Source: a virus
Length of the DNA stretch: 64,000 bases
IMG/VR virus record: IMGVR_UViG_3300018080_000002
Span: 32,001-96,000 of that record
Strand: one strand, 5' to 3'
In this document: positions 9,584 to 19,601 of the stretch, piece after piece
Layout of the letters: every line of letters begins with the position of its first letter
Numbering within the stretch: position 1 is the stretch's first letter
Translations under genes and position numbers: made by a program
The notes under the pieces: model-generated
The model's database searches: none
Seen by the model: only the letters and a program-made list of their open reading frames with translations
Told to the model about the DNA's origin: nothing

Positions 9584-10550
9584 TTTGATTTTAGACGATT
9601 ATCGTTTTGTTGATGTCAGTAGAGTGAGTCCTGAAGCTCCATGTTTGATTGGTCTGGATAAATCTCAGGATTTGAGGCTTGGTGGTGCGGCCAACGTTGC
9701 CTGTAATATAAGACAATTGACTAACAATTTGCTGTTGGTTGGCCAGTGTGAGGAGAATGAGTATCGTCCGCTTTTGGATAAATACGATGTGGATTGTAAG
9801 ATTCTCGATGGCAAACACTCCATTAAGATGCGTTTTATTGATGAGAGAACGAACGTCCAGCTTTTTAGGTATGACATAGAAAAAGTGATTCCTCAGAACA
9901 GTCGGGATAATTTTACAAATTATGTTGATTTTGTTGATAAGATAGATTTTAAAAGCTTCAATATATGCGTAATAGTCGATTATAAAAAGGGCATGATAAG
10001 AACATGCGATATTAAAAGGCTATCTGGCAGTAAGATCAATATTGTCAGCACTAAGAATGAACGACCTCATCTGGTTTTACCAAGACCGAGACATTGGAAA
10101 CGCTTAAAAAATGCTCCTGTTAATATACTGATCTTTAATAATAAAGAATATAATGCAGCTAAGGAGATTTGGGGTTATAATTATATTATACGTACTGAGG
10201 GTGATCGTGGAATGACGATCTTTAAGGTGATTGAAGATCCTGAAGAGATAGATCACCGTGAAGATGTTCTGGCGAAAATAGATGCGATCAAGGTTGATAT
10301 TTTTGACGTTACTGGTGCTGGCGATACTGTGACAGCAGTAGTAGCATTCTGTTTGGATAAGTACGGATTCAGTGAAGAAAATTTGGTTAAGGCGTGTAGA
10401 TGCGCTAATTATGCAGCGTCTAAGGTGGTAACGATTTCAGGAACGGCGGTCGTTCAGGATAGTGTCGATGAAATCTCTGTGATGTTTGAGGGTGTGAATG
10501 AAGATAAACGTAAAGAGATCAAAGACGATTCGGAAAAATTGGGGAAGTGA
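9561..10550 (+). CDS. PfkB-family kinase of the HldE/RfaE type (heptose-7-phosphate kinase domain)
   Basis: VIGDLILD...RVSPEAP, GGAANVACN, DYKKG, DVTGAGDTV. Confidence 0.82.
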   Translation: MSIVVIGDLILDDYRFVDVSRVSPEAPCLIGLDKSQDLRLGGAANVACNIRQLTNNLLLVGQCEENEYRPLLDKYDVDCKILDGKHSIKMRFIDERTNVQLFRYDIEKVIPQNSRDNFTNYVDFVDKIDFKSFNICVIVDYKKGMIRTCDIKRLSGSKINIVSTKNERPHLVLPRPRHWKRLKNAPVNILIFNNKEYNAAKEIWGYNYIIRTEGDRGMTIFKVIEDPEEIDHREDVLAKIDAIKVDIFDVTGAGDTVTAVVAFCLDKYGFSEENLVKACRCANYAASKVVTISGTAVVQDSVDEISVMFEGVNEDKRKEIKDDSEKLGK

Positions 10551-10884
10551 GGAAATCATCTGCAATAGTGAAAAATATTGCGGAAAAATTATGGTTTTGT
10601 TGAAAGATAAGTATTGTTCTCTTCATTATCATAAGCTTAAGGAAGAGGATTTTTATGTAATGGTCGGTCGTATTAAGCTTGAGATGCAGCAGAGTGACCC
10701 AGATGGTCAGCCTGTGGGTGAGAAAGCTGAAACGATTTTAGAGGTAGGCGATTCTGTAAACGTCAAGCCTGGAATGTTGCATAGATTTACTGGCTTAGAA
10801 CCAGAGAATTTATTTGTAGAATTTTCATCTCAAGATTTTGCCGAAGATAGTTACCGCATAGAGCCTAGCTGTCCTGCCGAATAA
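10498..10884 (+). CDS. Cupin-fold sugar isomerase-like protein
   Basis: K.WG.E...YCGK..SLHYH..KEEDFYV...HRF...EDSYR. Confidence 0.75.
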   Translation: MKINVKRSKTIRKNWGSEEIICNSEKYCGKIMVLLKDKYCSLHYHKLKEEDFYVMVGRIKLEMQQSDPDGQPVGEKAETILEVGDSVNVKPGMLHRFTGLEPENLFVEFSSQDFAEDSYRIEPSCPAE

Positions 10885-10937
10885 TACGTCATTGTGATAC
10901 ATTATAAATAGAGATAACAACCATACAGGAGGGTATC

Positions 10938-11558
10938 ATGTATCTAATTACAGGTATTCCGAGGAGTGGTACGTCTTTTTTACAAAGATGTTTTGATTTG
11001 TATGGTCATTCGATGAGTCCAAAATGTTATTCTGATTTTGTGCCTAGAGATCCGTTAACGTTGGCTGAACCTGTGGCTGTTGCAAGGGGAATCAGTAATG
11101 GTTGTAATCGACATGAGCTGATTGGTATTTTTGATTCAATTAAATCAAGGGCGAAGGGGTTTAGCGATGGTATTCCTGTAATGAAAACACCGCAAATGGT
11201 GTTTAGAAAACCAGAAATTGAGTATTTTGATTTTGTTATTGTATGTCTTCGTTCCATAGATGAAGGCTGGCTAGATTCAGCTAGATTTCAGAATATGCCG
11301 ATGTGGATATACAATATGAGTAATGTTGCATTTCTACGACCGTATGCGAATAGAATTAATAGATCGAATGATAAGTTGAGAGAGCTTGGTTTGATCTGGA
11401 GGCAGTGTTCTCAGGAGGTCATTAAATCTCTCGATAACAGTAAAGTTTTCATTTTTGATTTTGATAATGCCAAGGAGTCTTTTGGCAAGTTAGCCGATAG
11501 ATTCTCGATAGGGGAAGAGGTTTTTGATTCCGTCTGGCATAGGAGGAGAAAAAAATGA
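10938..11558 (+). CDS. Sulfotransferase-family protein
   Basis: PAPS-binding motif ITGIPRSGTSFL and K.P; next to cysC. Confidence 0.7.
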   Translation: MYLITGIPRSGTSFLQRCFDLYGHSMSPKCYSDFVPRDPLTLAEPVAVARGISNGCNRHELIGIFDSIKSRAKGFSDGIPVMKTPQMVFRKPEIEYFDFVIVCLRSIDEGWLDSARFQNMPMWIYNMSNVAFLRPYANRINRSNDKLRELGLIWRQCSQEVIKSLDNSKVFIFDFDNAKESFGKLADRFSIGEEVFDSVWHRRRKK

Positions 11559-11737
11559 AGATAGCATTAAAGACTCTGTCTTGGCGTCTTTGTGCTACCG
11601 CTATTACTGCTATCGTAACTTGGTTTGTCACAGGTAGCGTTGACATCGCTGCTAAAGTTATGTCGGTAGAATTTATTGTTAAAATGTTTGCTTATTATGG
11701 ACATGAACATATATGGAGGAGGATAGGTAATGTCTAA
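11555..11737 (+). CDS. DUF2061-family small membrane protein
   Basis: KTLSWR..AT..T...YYGHEHIW pattern. Confidence 0.75.
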   Translation: MKIALKTLSWRLCATAITAIVTWFVTGSVDIAAKVMSVEFIVKMFAYYGHEHIWRRIGNV

Positions 11738-12647
11738 GTGTCTGTTTTTAACTGGTATTCCTTGTAGTGGAAAGACCACTATAGCTAAGGAGTTGATGAA
11801 GTATTATCCTAGAGTTCAGCTCTTGGATGGTGATGAGATTCGTGACACTCCGATTTCTGCCGGAGCTGGTTTTACGCCAGAGGATCGAAAACGGCATTTG
11901 CTTCGGGTTGGATACCTGGCTAAGATGTTTGTTGATCAGGGAATTTGGACTATTTGCTCATTTGTATCGCCGTTAAAAGAGGTAAGAAATGAAATTAGAT
12001 CCATGTTTAAGGAAGGGGATTTTTTAGAAATATATGTAGATCCTGGCATCGAAGAATGTAAGAAAAGAGATGTCAAGGGAATGTATGCAAAGGCGATCAA
12101 GGGTGAAATTAAAAATTTTACGGGTATTTCGGCTCCTTATGAGGCTCCTGATAATCCAGAGTTGGTTATTGATACCAGCAAAGAATCGGAGACAGTTGAG
12201 GTAAGTGCTGCTAGAATACTCGAAATAGCGTCTCCGTTTGATGATCCTGTTAGCATTTTTATTGGCAGATGGAATGGCGTGTACCATAATGGGCATGACC
12301 ATATCGTACATGAGCCTCTGAAAAAAGGTCGTAGAGTTTTGATGTTGATTAGGAATGTTGAACCTGACGAAAAGAATCCGATGACTGCATCCGAGGTTAA
12401 GGAAATGCTTGATTTCAGGTTTCAAGATGATTCAAGAGTGGAGACAATGATCATTCCAGATGTAAAAAGTGTGGAATATGGTCGAGGCGTAGGTTATGAA
12501 GTTAATGAAATAAAAGTTGACAAGAAAATAGCCGGGATTTCTGGTACTGAATGTCGAAAATTGATTGCTGAAGGTAACGATTCTTGGAAGGAATTTGTTC
12601 CAGGTCGGATTGTAGAGTTTTTAGAGAATAAGATATCTGTTAAATGA
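11730..12647 (+). CDS. cysC: Adenylyl-sulfate kinase fused to a C-terminal HxGH nucleotidyltransferase-like domain
   Basis: TGIPCSGKTT, LDGDEIR, RDVKGMYAKA..GEIKNFTGISAPYEAP; then IGRW..YHNGH and ISGT. Confidence 0.85.
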   Translation: MSKCLFLTGIPCSGKTTIAKELMKYYPRVQLLDGDEIRDTPISAGAGFTPEDRKRHLLRVGYLAKMFVDQGIWTICSFVSPLKEVRNEIRSMFKEGDFLEIYVDPGIEECKKRDVKGMYAKAIKGEIKNFTGISAPYEAPDNPELVIDTSKESETVEVSAARILEIASPFDDPVSIFIGRWNGVYHNGHDHIVHEPLKKGRRVLMLIRNVEPDEKNPMTASEVKEMLDFRFQDDSRVETMIIPDVKSVEYGRGVGYEVNEIKVDKKIAGISGTECRKLIAEGNDSWKEFVPGRIVEFLENKISVK

Positions 12648-12698
12648 ATGTTGTGTGGGGAGGGAAATCTTCCCCACGGTTGTTAATTGGAGTAAATT

Positions 12699-14390
12699 AT
12701 GCCTGTCACTCTTGTTATCCCCACGATAAACCAAACTCAGATGATTGATGATTGTTTAACGTCCTTTTTTAAATTTCATAAAGACGAACATGAGATAATT
12801 GTTGTTGACGATGGTAGTCCACCTGACACTCAAAAAGCGGTTCAAGCAATATGCGAGAAACATGGTGCGGATTTTTTATCAAATTCCTTTAATGTTGGAT
12901 TTTCCAATACAGTCAATCGTGGGATTGATAGAGCTACGAATGACATCGTTATTTTGGTGAACAATGATATTGTTTTTACCGAAGAAATTACGAGTAAATT
13001 TGAGAGCAGTTTCAAGAATGATGAGCGGATCGGTATCGTTGGCGGTTTATTGTTCTATCCGAACGGTACGATTCAGCATGGAGGCATATTTAGGACCGAA
13101 AGCTGGTTTATGCATAGAGCTTGGCATAAAACCCTGAAAGATTCTCCGGTGGTCAAACAGGATTGTTACATTATAGCGGTTACAGGCGCATTATTTGGCA
13201 TCAGGAAAGCGATGTCGGATAAGATAGGGGTTATGAACCCAACGTATTTCATCGCCTGTGAGGACACTGAGATGTGTCTGAGAGCGTGGAAAAATGGCTG
13301 GCGGGTTTTTTATAATGGATCGATCCAAGCGATTCATGCTGAAGGAGCCACTAGAGGCCATAACAACGAAGTCAAAATGAAAAAAGGCCGAGATTGGATG
13401 ATCAAAGAAAAGGAAACCAATCGTCGGTTTGCCCAAGATATGAAAAGATTTGATTTCAAGGTGATTGAATCTCGCATTAAAGATGCAAACTCGAATATTA
13501 GTCGAGTCAAGTTGGCTAAGTTAGATCAAGGTTGTGGAGTGGTGGGTGTTAACAGAGCGGGTGCGTTGGGAGACGTTCTCCTAACCACTGGATTGATTAG
13601 GAAATTGAAGAAAAAGTTTCCAAATTATGACATTCATGTTGCTACTGGTTGTGGCGCAGTCTTTAAAAATAATCCAAATATTAGTCGGCTGGTGAGGTCA
13701 AGGGATCAGTTAGTAGGCAATATCATTTTTGACCTGGATCTGGTTTATGAGAAATCTCCTAAAATGCCGATTGTCGAAGCATACCATCGGTCGGTTTTTG
13801 GCGATGGAGATCTGGTGTCAGATACACAGCCTGAGATGTTCCCAGATGAAAATGACGAAAAGTCTTTAATGGAAAAATTACCGCCAAGATTTTTAATTCC
13901 TCCAGTTGCAGTAGTCCATATGGGGGTTGGCTGGCCGAATAGAACATGGCAAAGGCAAAAATGGTTGAGAGTAATTGATCATTTGGTCAGTAAGGATGTT
14001 CGGATTGCGGTTGTCGGTAAGGCTGGAGATTTTAAGCCAGAGACCAAAAACAATGTTTTAAATCTGACAAATAAGCTTTCTATTCATGAGATCATGATAT
14101 TGATTCAGAAAAGCAATGTTTTTATCGGCATGGATACAGGTTTGTTGCATATAGCATCATGTACGGATACTCCTTTAGTGGGTCTATTTACGTGTGCTAA
14201 TCCGATTTATCGATTAGTTGAGAGAAAAGCTCAGAGTGTAGCATTGATTCCCAAAGTGAGTTGCCGTTTTTGTTTGCATGAAGAGGAGCCTCCTGTCACC
14301 TTTGCAGGATGTAAACGGGGGAATTATCAGTGTTTGAATGATATCACTGTAGCGGATGTTATCAAGTCTGCGAATAAGTTTTTGTTTTGA
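12699..14390 (+). CDS. Glycosyltransferase fusion: GT2 + GT9 (heptosyltransferase-like)
   Basis: GT2: VDDGS, N.GF...VN.G, LVNND, VTGA, EDTE.C. GT9: GALGDVLL, GMDTGLLHIA, C..C..C. Confidence 0.85.
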   Translation: MPVTLVIPTINQTQMIDDCLTSFFKFHKDEHEIIVVDDGSPPDTQKAVQAICEKHGADFLSNSFNVGFSNTVNRGIDRATNDIVILVNNDIVFTEEITSKFESSFKNDERIGIVGGLLFYPNGTIQHGGIFRTESWFMHRAWHKTLKDSPVVKQDCYIIAVTGALFGIRKAMSDKIGVMNPTYFIACEDTEMCLRAWKNGWRVFYNGSIQAIHAEGATRGHNNEVKMKKGRDWMIKEKETNRRFAQDMKRFDFKVIESRIKDANSNISRVKLAKLDQGCGVVGVNRAGALGDVLLTTGLIRKLKKKFPNYDIHVATGCGAVFKNNPNISRLVRSRDQLVGNIIFDLDLVYEKSPKMPIVEAYHRSVFGDGDLVSDTQPEMFPDENDEKSLMEKLPPRFLIPPVAVVHMGVGWPNRTWQRQKWLRVIDHLVSKDVRIAVVGKAGDFKPETKNNVLNLTNKLSIHEIMILIQKSNVFIGMDTGLLHIASCTDTPLVGLFTCANPIYRLVERKAQSVALIPKVSCRFCLHEEEPPVTFAGCKRGNYQCLNDITVADVIKSANKFLF

Positions 14391-14608
14391 TTGGTGATTT
14401 TATGTTTATAGAAAAATATGTATTGATTGGTGTGATATGCCTGATCGCGGGATATTGTATTCGTGGGGTTCAATCGGCAATTGCAAAACGTCTTTTTGAA
14501 AGAAAGATGACGGTCGAAAGAGAAAAGTTAAAACAGTCTGCAATCGAGTCTGGATTTTTTGAAGCTAGAACATTACATCCAGAAAAAAAATCTAATATAA
14601 ATAATTGA
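14387..14608 (+). CDS. Small membrane-anchored hypothetical protein
   Basis: One N-terminal hydrophobic helix. Confidence 0.5.
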   Translation: MIGDFMFIEKYVLIGVICLIAGYCIRGVQSAIAKRLFERKMTVEREKLKQSAIESGFFEARTLHPEKKSNINN

Positions 14609-14627
14609 TTTTTCAGCGATAATCGAG

Positions 14628-14656
14628 TTGACTTACGATGGTTTATTAAGTATATT
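14628..14656 (+). promoter_or_regulatory. Sigma70-type promoter
   Basis: TTGACT-N17-TATATT upstream of the SSB/helicase operon. Confidence 0.55.
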
Positions 14657-14682
14657 CTTTTAGGATTATTTAATGATTCATA

Positions 14683-15414
14683 GTGAGGATTATTGATATG
14701 AGTTGGTATTCAACAGGTTATGAAGGAGCTTCGGCTGCTGCTAAAAAATCGGATAACAATCGTAAAATTCCTAGATTTTGGATGCCATCTGGCGTGTCTA
14801 AGGAACTTATTTTTATTGATGATGTTTGTTTTGCTATTGACGAACATAATTTAAAAATTAACGGGAATTGGGGAAATTATTATACCTGTTTGGGAAAAGA
14901 AACGGGTTGTCCTTATTGTCAATTGGGAGATCCTAAGTACACTGGATTTTTTACGGTTCTCGACTTGACTGGTTACATAGACAAGAAAGGTCAGGTTCAA
15001 GACAAGAATACGGTCAAATTATTAGCGGCTCATGCAAAGGTCGTTGAGACTATCGAATCTTTGAAAAAGATGAGAGACAATCAGTCCTTGATTGCGTGTA
15101 GGTTTCGAGTTAGCAGGAAAAATACTAAGAATGATTTTAGTACAGGCAGTTCATTTGAATTTTTGCAGGCATATGATCCACAACAGCTATTAGCGAAATA
15201 CCAGGCATATGATTATGTTGATTTGTTAAAGCCGTGGGATAGATCCTCTGCAACTAATTTGGTGTCGAGAATTATGGGTCATATTCCGAATAGCAATGGA
15301 CCGATGTATAATGCAGCACCTCAACAGCAGCAGCCACAGAATCAACAGCAGGGTAGTCCTGTTGGTCAGCCAGGTGTTGAAGGATGTCCATCGTTAGACG
15401 ATATTCCATTTTGA
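14683..15414 (+). CDS. Phage single-stranded DNA-binding protein (gp32-like)
   Basis: H..C..CP.C Zn site, Q/P-rich linker, acidic LDDIPF C-terminus. Confidence 0.65.
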   Translation: MRIIDMSWYSTGYEGASAAAKKSDNNRKIPRFWMPSGVSKELIFIDDVCFAIDEHNLKINGNWGNYYTCLGKETGCPYCQLGDPKYTGFFTVLDLTGYIDKKGQVQDKNTVKLLAAHAKVVETIESLKKMRDNQSLIACRFRVSRKNTKNDFSTGSSFEFLQAYDPQQLLAKYQAYDYVDLLKPWDRSSATNLVSRIMGHIPNSNGPMYNAAPQQQQPQNQQQGSPVGQPGVEGCPSLDDIPF

Positions 15415-15425
15415 TGTAAGGTTTA

Positions 15426-16835
15426 TTGATGAAAGTTCGTATAAACTCTTTAGCTTGGCTTTCTAAGTCGTTGTTTAGTGAAGTCGATCTATATGTGTTG
15501 AAAAGAAAATTGATTATAGTCCCGAAGAAAACCTCAGAGTTTAGTGATCCCAATCCTATTCAAATGTATGCCGAAACCGATGATGAAATTGGTGTTCCGA
15601 GAGAGTATTTTTTTACGAATATAAATAGAGGGTATGAAGTAGATGATCAAACATCAATGGGTCATCCTTTTAATTCCAGTTTTGGTCCTATTAAGCTAAG
15701 AGATTACCAGATTGGTTCTGTAAATAAATTTTTAAACTATTTGAAGGATCATTTCGGGGGTAGCTTTGAAGCAGTTACCGGATTTGGAAAAACGGTCTGT
15801 GGCCTGTATATATCCAGGGAATTAGGCGGGACAACGTTGATTGTGGTCCATAAAGATTCATTAGCGCAGCAATGGATAAAAAGAATCAAAGGAGATCCAA
15901 ATGAGGATGAGCCTTTGTTGAAAAAAGGGTTTATGCCTGAAGCGTCTGTTGGTCTGGTCGGTGATGGAAAAGTTGATTATCAAGGAAAAGATTTCGTTAT
16001 CGGGATGATCCAGACATTATCTCAAAAAGAGCTGGATGATGATTTTTACTCTTATTTTCGTACAGTGATAATTGATGAGCTTCATAGATCTGGTGCTGAA
16101 AAGTGGGGTACTGTTGCTCCGAAAATAAACTCACGTTACAGGATAGGGCTTTCAGCTACTATTCGCAGAAAAGACAAAGCCGAGAACGTGTTTTTTTGGC
16201 ATATAGGGAAAATAGTAGCCAAAGGTGAAAAAGGCGGTGTTTTAGATCCTGCCATTTATTTTATGGAAACTGGATTTTCTTTGATTGAGACACCAGGATT
16301 TAACCCTGATTCATTGACGAGGGTTCAGGTTATAAGCGCATTGATAGACTCTTCATATAGAAATAGCATCATCATGACTGAAATGATGAAAGCTGTAAGG
16401 GCTAAGAGGCGTATAGTTGCTGTGAGTGATAGGGTTAAACATTTAGAGAAATTTATAATTGCTTTAAAGGCTTTTAGGGATAGGGAAAAATTAGAATTTA
16501 CCATAGGCGAATTTTACAAAGGAGGTAGACGAGTTACAAAGGAAGATTTGGCAAACGCAAAAAAACGTGATGTCGTGATGGCTACGTTTAAGATGATAGA
16601 GGATGGAGAGGACGTTAAGGAGCTGGATTGTCTCTTCATGCTTACACCATGCTCTGATCCAGAGCAACTTACAGGTCGAATTTTAAGGGACAAGGATGGC
16701 AAAAAATCTCCTGTTATAGTTGATTTTATTGACAATGATATTTTGAAGTGTCGCCAACTATATTTTTGCAGGAAACGATTTTATGCAAAAAAAGGGTGGA
16801 AAGTATATGAAGTCAAAAGAGACTCCCAAAGATAG
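15426..16835 (+). CDS. SF2 DEAD/DEAH-box helicase (UvsW-like)
   Basis: LRDYQ, TGFGKT, IIDELH, GLSAT, Q.TGRILR. Confidence 0.88.
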   Translation: MMKVRINSLAWLSKSLFSEVDLYVLKRKLIIVPKKTSEFSDPNPIQMYAETDDEIGVPREYFFTNINRGYEVDDQTSMGHPFNSSFGPIKLRDYQIGSVNKFLNYLKDHFGGSFEAVTGFGKTVCGLYISRELGGTTLIVVHKDSLAQQWIKRIKGDPNEDEPLLKKGFMPEASVGLVGDGKVDYQGKDFVIGMIQTLSQKELDDDFYSYFRTVIIDELHRSGAEKWGTVAPKINSRYRIGLSATIRRKDKAENVFFWHIGKIVAKGEKGGVLDPAIYFMETGFSLIETPGFNPDSLTRVQVISALIDSSYRNSIIMTEMMKAVRAKRRIVAVSDRVKHLEKFIIALKAFRDREKLEFTIGEFYKGGRRVTKEDLANAKKRDVVMATFKMIEDGEDVKELDCLFMLTPCSDPEQLTGRILRDKDGKKSPVIVDFIDNDILKCRQLYFCRKRFYAKKGWKVYEVKRDSQR

Positions 16836-17301
16836 GAGCCAATACTGGTCTGAATATTGGGGTAAGAATCGTGATGATATTTTAAAAAGGCGTAGAGACA
16901 GGTATAACTCTGATCCAGAATATAAAAAAAGGATGCAAGAAATCAGAAAACGCAATTATGAGAAAAACAAGGTTTTGAAAGTGAAAAAACCTGAAAGCGA
17001 TTTCGTTTCAATCAGGTCCAAGCCTATTATTTTAGAGTTAAATGGGCAAAAAATGCTCATGTATGATATCGAGTATTTTGCTAAGAAAATTGGTCGGAGT
17101 GTTGCTACAGTTAGATACTGGGAACGAAAGGGTATCCTGCCGAAAACTCCGTACAAAGGAAGTCGAAAATGCCTGTATTCTAAGGAAATGATCAAAGCAG
17201 TTTACAATGCTCTGGAGGAACAGGGATTTCCTGGTAATATAGATCTGGAAGATTTTTCGGATTATGTTTATGCCTGTTGGCAATCGTTAGAGGTTATATA
17301 G
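16783..17301 (+). CDS. MerR-type HTH protein
   Basis: FAKKIGRSVATVRYWERKGILP. Confidence 0.7.
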   Translation: MQKKGGKYMKSKETPKDRSQYWSEYWGKNRDDILKRRRDRYNSDPEYKKRMQEIRKRNYEKNKVLKVKKPESDFVSIRSKPIILELNGQKMLMYDIEYFAKKIGRSVATVRYWERKGILPKTPYKGSRKCLYSKEMIKAVYNALEEQGFPGNIDLEDFSDYVYACWQSLEVI

Positions 17302-17303
17302 AG

Positions 17304-17507
17304 ATGTTAAGTTTGTCGTTTGAGTATTTGTCGTATGTGTTTTTTTCGTGGTCTTTTTCGTTGTTTTTGACTAGATTGTTGACAGTCTATATGAGGATGA
17401 AATTAGTTAAAGATAAGCCAATTGGGTTTAGCTTTACTGATCCTCTTATGATATTGATTTTAGGTTTGTTTTTAAGATTTTTGTCAGAGATTGATTGGAG
17501 TATGTAA
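17304..17507 (+). CDS. Small membrane protein
   Basis: Two hydrophobic segments. Confidence 0.4.
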   Translation: MLSLSFEYLSYVFFSWSFSLFLTRLLTVYMRMKLVKDKPIGFSFTDPLMILILGLFLRFLSEIDWSM

Positions 17508-17964
17508 TATGATTGATTTTGATAATCTTAAGCAGTTCGTTATTTGGCTTTTCTCGAAATTTGGCCTATCTGAGCGAGAGAAATTCAAGCAACCAGTCGC
17601 ATATGTTAAGTCTGAAAAATTTATTATTGGGTTTGATGGAAAAAAGGTTTCTGCTGGGGTTCTGGAAGATAGACAATATGATTTTGATATTGAACCAATT
17701 ATTGGTCCTCATGAAACGATCGGTCTTGGGATAGAGAGAACGATAAATATGGGTAATTATGAGTCTATCAAAATGTCGGTTTTCAGGAGTATGCCAGTAC
17801 ATCCTGGGTCAGAAAATATTGAATCGGCTTATGTAAAATGTAAGGAATGGGTAGGAGGTAAGCTGACGGATCAGGTTAAGAAAGTGGTAGATTATCGTGA
17901 TAGTAGATCAAAGCCTATTTCTAATTCTGGAGATCGAAATATTGTCAATAAAGTAACTTATTAA
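17491..17964 (+). CDS. Hypothetical phage protein
   Basis: RTINMGNYES.K motif, recurrent in phage replication regions. Confidence 0.6.
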   Translation: MIGVCNMIDFDNLKQFVIWLFSKFGLSEREKFKQPVAYVKSEKFIIGFDGKKVSAGVLEDRQYDFDIEPIIGPHETIGLGIERTINMGNYESIKMSVFRSMPVHPGSENIESAYVKCKEWVGGKLTDQVKKVVDYRDSRSKPISNSGDRNIVNKVTY

Positions 17965-17965
17965 T

Positions 17966-19228
17966 GTGATTGGAATGATTATGGCTGGTAAAAAAGATGC
18001 AGAGGTAAAGGACAAAGAAAAAGGTAAGACGAAGGAAAAAAAAGAGGAAAAAAAGAAAGAAAAGGAGAAAAAACCACCGACAAGGTTAGAACGATTAGGT
18101 GGTATAGTTAAGAGTGTGAACGATAAATTTGGCGTTAACACTCTTATGGTTGGATATAAGAATTTCTATGTCGGGACTAGGGTTAGTACCGGGTCTATTC
18201 TGATGGATCTAGCGACAGGTGGTGGTATCCCTATTGGTCGAGTGGTCCAATTTCACGGAAAGGAAAGTAGCGGCAAAACTAGCAATGCTATTAGGGTTGC
18301 AGGAAATTTACAGAAATTATGTACGAAATGCTATACTCCTATCAATGGGATCATTGATCCTGTGACTTTAAAGCCTATTTCGGAGGTATGTAAATGTGGC
18401 GTTCAAAGACGTGGTATGGTTGTTTTTGTTGATGTGGAAGGAACATTTGATCCCGATTGGGCTGAGTGCCTTGGTTTACTGATTGATCCTGAATTTTTCA
18501 TATATTGCCGACCTGAGAGTGGGGAAGAATCAATCGATATTGTTGAGGCTCTTATCAGGAGCGGAGATATTGATATGATTATTTACGATAGTATTGCTGC
18601 TTTTGCTCCGTTGGAAGAGATGAAGAAATCAGCAGAGGAAAATACGGTGGGTCTTGGAGCGAGGCTCTTAAACAGAGCTTGGCGTGTTTGGGGTTCTGCT
18701 ATGAGCGATGCTGCAAATAAGAATGGTGTTGCTCCTACTGTGATCACGATCAATCAACAAAGATTAAAAATAGGCGTTATGTATGGCAGTCCGATTACTA
18801 GACCTGGTGGTGAAGGTCAGAAATTTGCCAATTCAATCGAAATTGATATGAAACGTGCTACTGAAGATAAAACCAAAGATGAGGATGGTAATTTCCTCCC
18901 ATTAGTGACCTTTGCGGGGAAGGTTACGAAGAATAAGACAGCTCGACCATTCTTGGAATATGAGTTCCAGGTTGCTACAGAGGCATTTCAATACAAGAAC
19001 ATCCGATATAACAAGGGTGATATAGCCGAGCTAAAAACTCTCAGGGATCTTGCTTATCGGTATGGGATTATGGGCAAGGATGAATCTAGTAAAAAGTATT
19101 TTTATAAAAAACATAAATTTGATCGACAGATGGATCTATTTGATAAGGTTTTATATACAAATGCCGGGATAATTGCTTTAAAGCAGGATATTTTAGAGGT
19201 TATGCGGCATGGAAAAGTTTCAGCGTGA
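17966..19228 (+). CDS. recA: RecA/UvsX recombinase
   Basis: STGSI.MD.ATGGGIP.GR, GKESSGKT, D.EG.FD, DSIAA, INQ.R.KIGVMYGSP...PGG. Confidence 0.92.
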   Translation: MIGMIMAGKKDAEVKDKEKGKTKEKKEEKKKEKEKKPPTRLERLGGIVKSVNDKFGVNTLMVGYKNFYVGTRVSTGSILMDLATGGGIPIGRVVQFHGKESSGKTSNAIRVAGNLQKLCTKCYTPINGIIDPVTLKPISEVCKCGVQRRGMVVFVDVEGTFDPDWAECLGLLIDPEFFIYCRPESGEESIDIVEALIRSGDIDMIIYDSIAAFAPLEEMKKSAEENTVGLGARLLNRAWRVWGSAMSDAANKNGVAPTVITINQQRLKIGVMYGSPITRPGGEGQKFANSIEIDMKRATEDKTKDEDGNFLPLVTFAGKVTKNKTARPFLEYEFQVATEAFQYKNIRYNKGDIAELKTLRDLAYRYGIMGKDESSKKYFYKKHKFDRQMDLFDKVLYTNAGIIALKQDILEVMRHGKVSA

Positions 19229-19601
19229 GTCCAAGAAAAAGAAAGTAGATAAGTTTAAATCTGATTCAAGTGAGTTCTGGGTAACTCATGAAGATGATGT
19301 CGCTGAGACCTTTCAAGGTGATAAGACCATCGGTAGTGGTAATAAACCTTTTTATAAAGGTGACGTGAAATCAGACATGTTTCTGGTTGAGGCCAAGAGT
19401 TCTGAGCAGAAAAGCATCGGTATTAAGGCTGAATGGCTCAAAAAGATATCTGATGAAGCTTATGGGTATCAAAGGTTGCCAGCGGTTCATTTGAGATTTG
19501 GTTCGATAGAGGATGGATTATGCGAGAGGGATTGGGTTATGGTCCCTCAGAGCGTGTTTAAAAGGATGTTAGCTAGGTTTGGGGATGATGATGTTAGATG
19601 A
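19209..19601 (+). CDS. PD-(D/E)xK Holliday junction resolvase-like nuclease
   Basis: E...GSG...KGDV...LVEAK. Confidence 0.65.
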   Translation: MEKFQRESKKKKVDKFKSDSSEFWVTHEDDVAETFQGDKTIGSGNKPFYKGDVKSDMFLVEAKSSEQKSIGIKAEWLKKISDEAYGYQRLPAVHLRFGSIEDGLCERDWVMVPQSVFKRMLARFGDDDVR

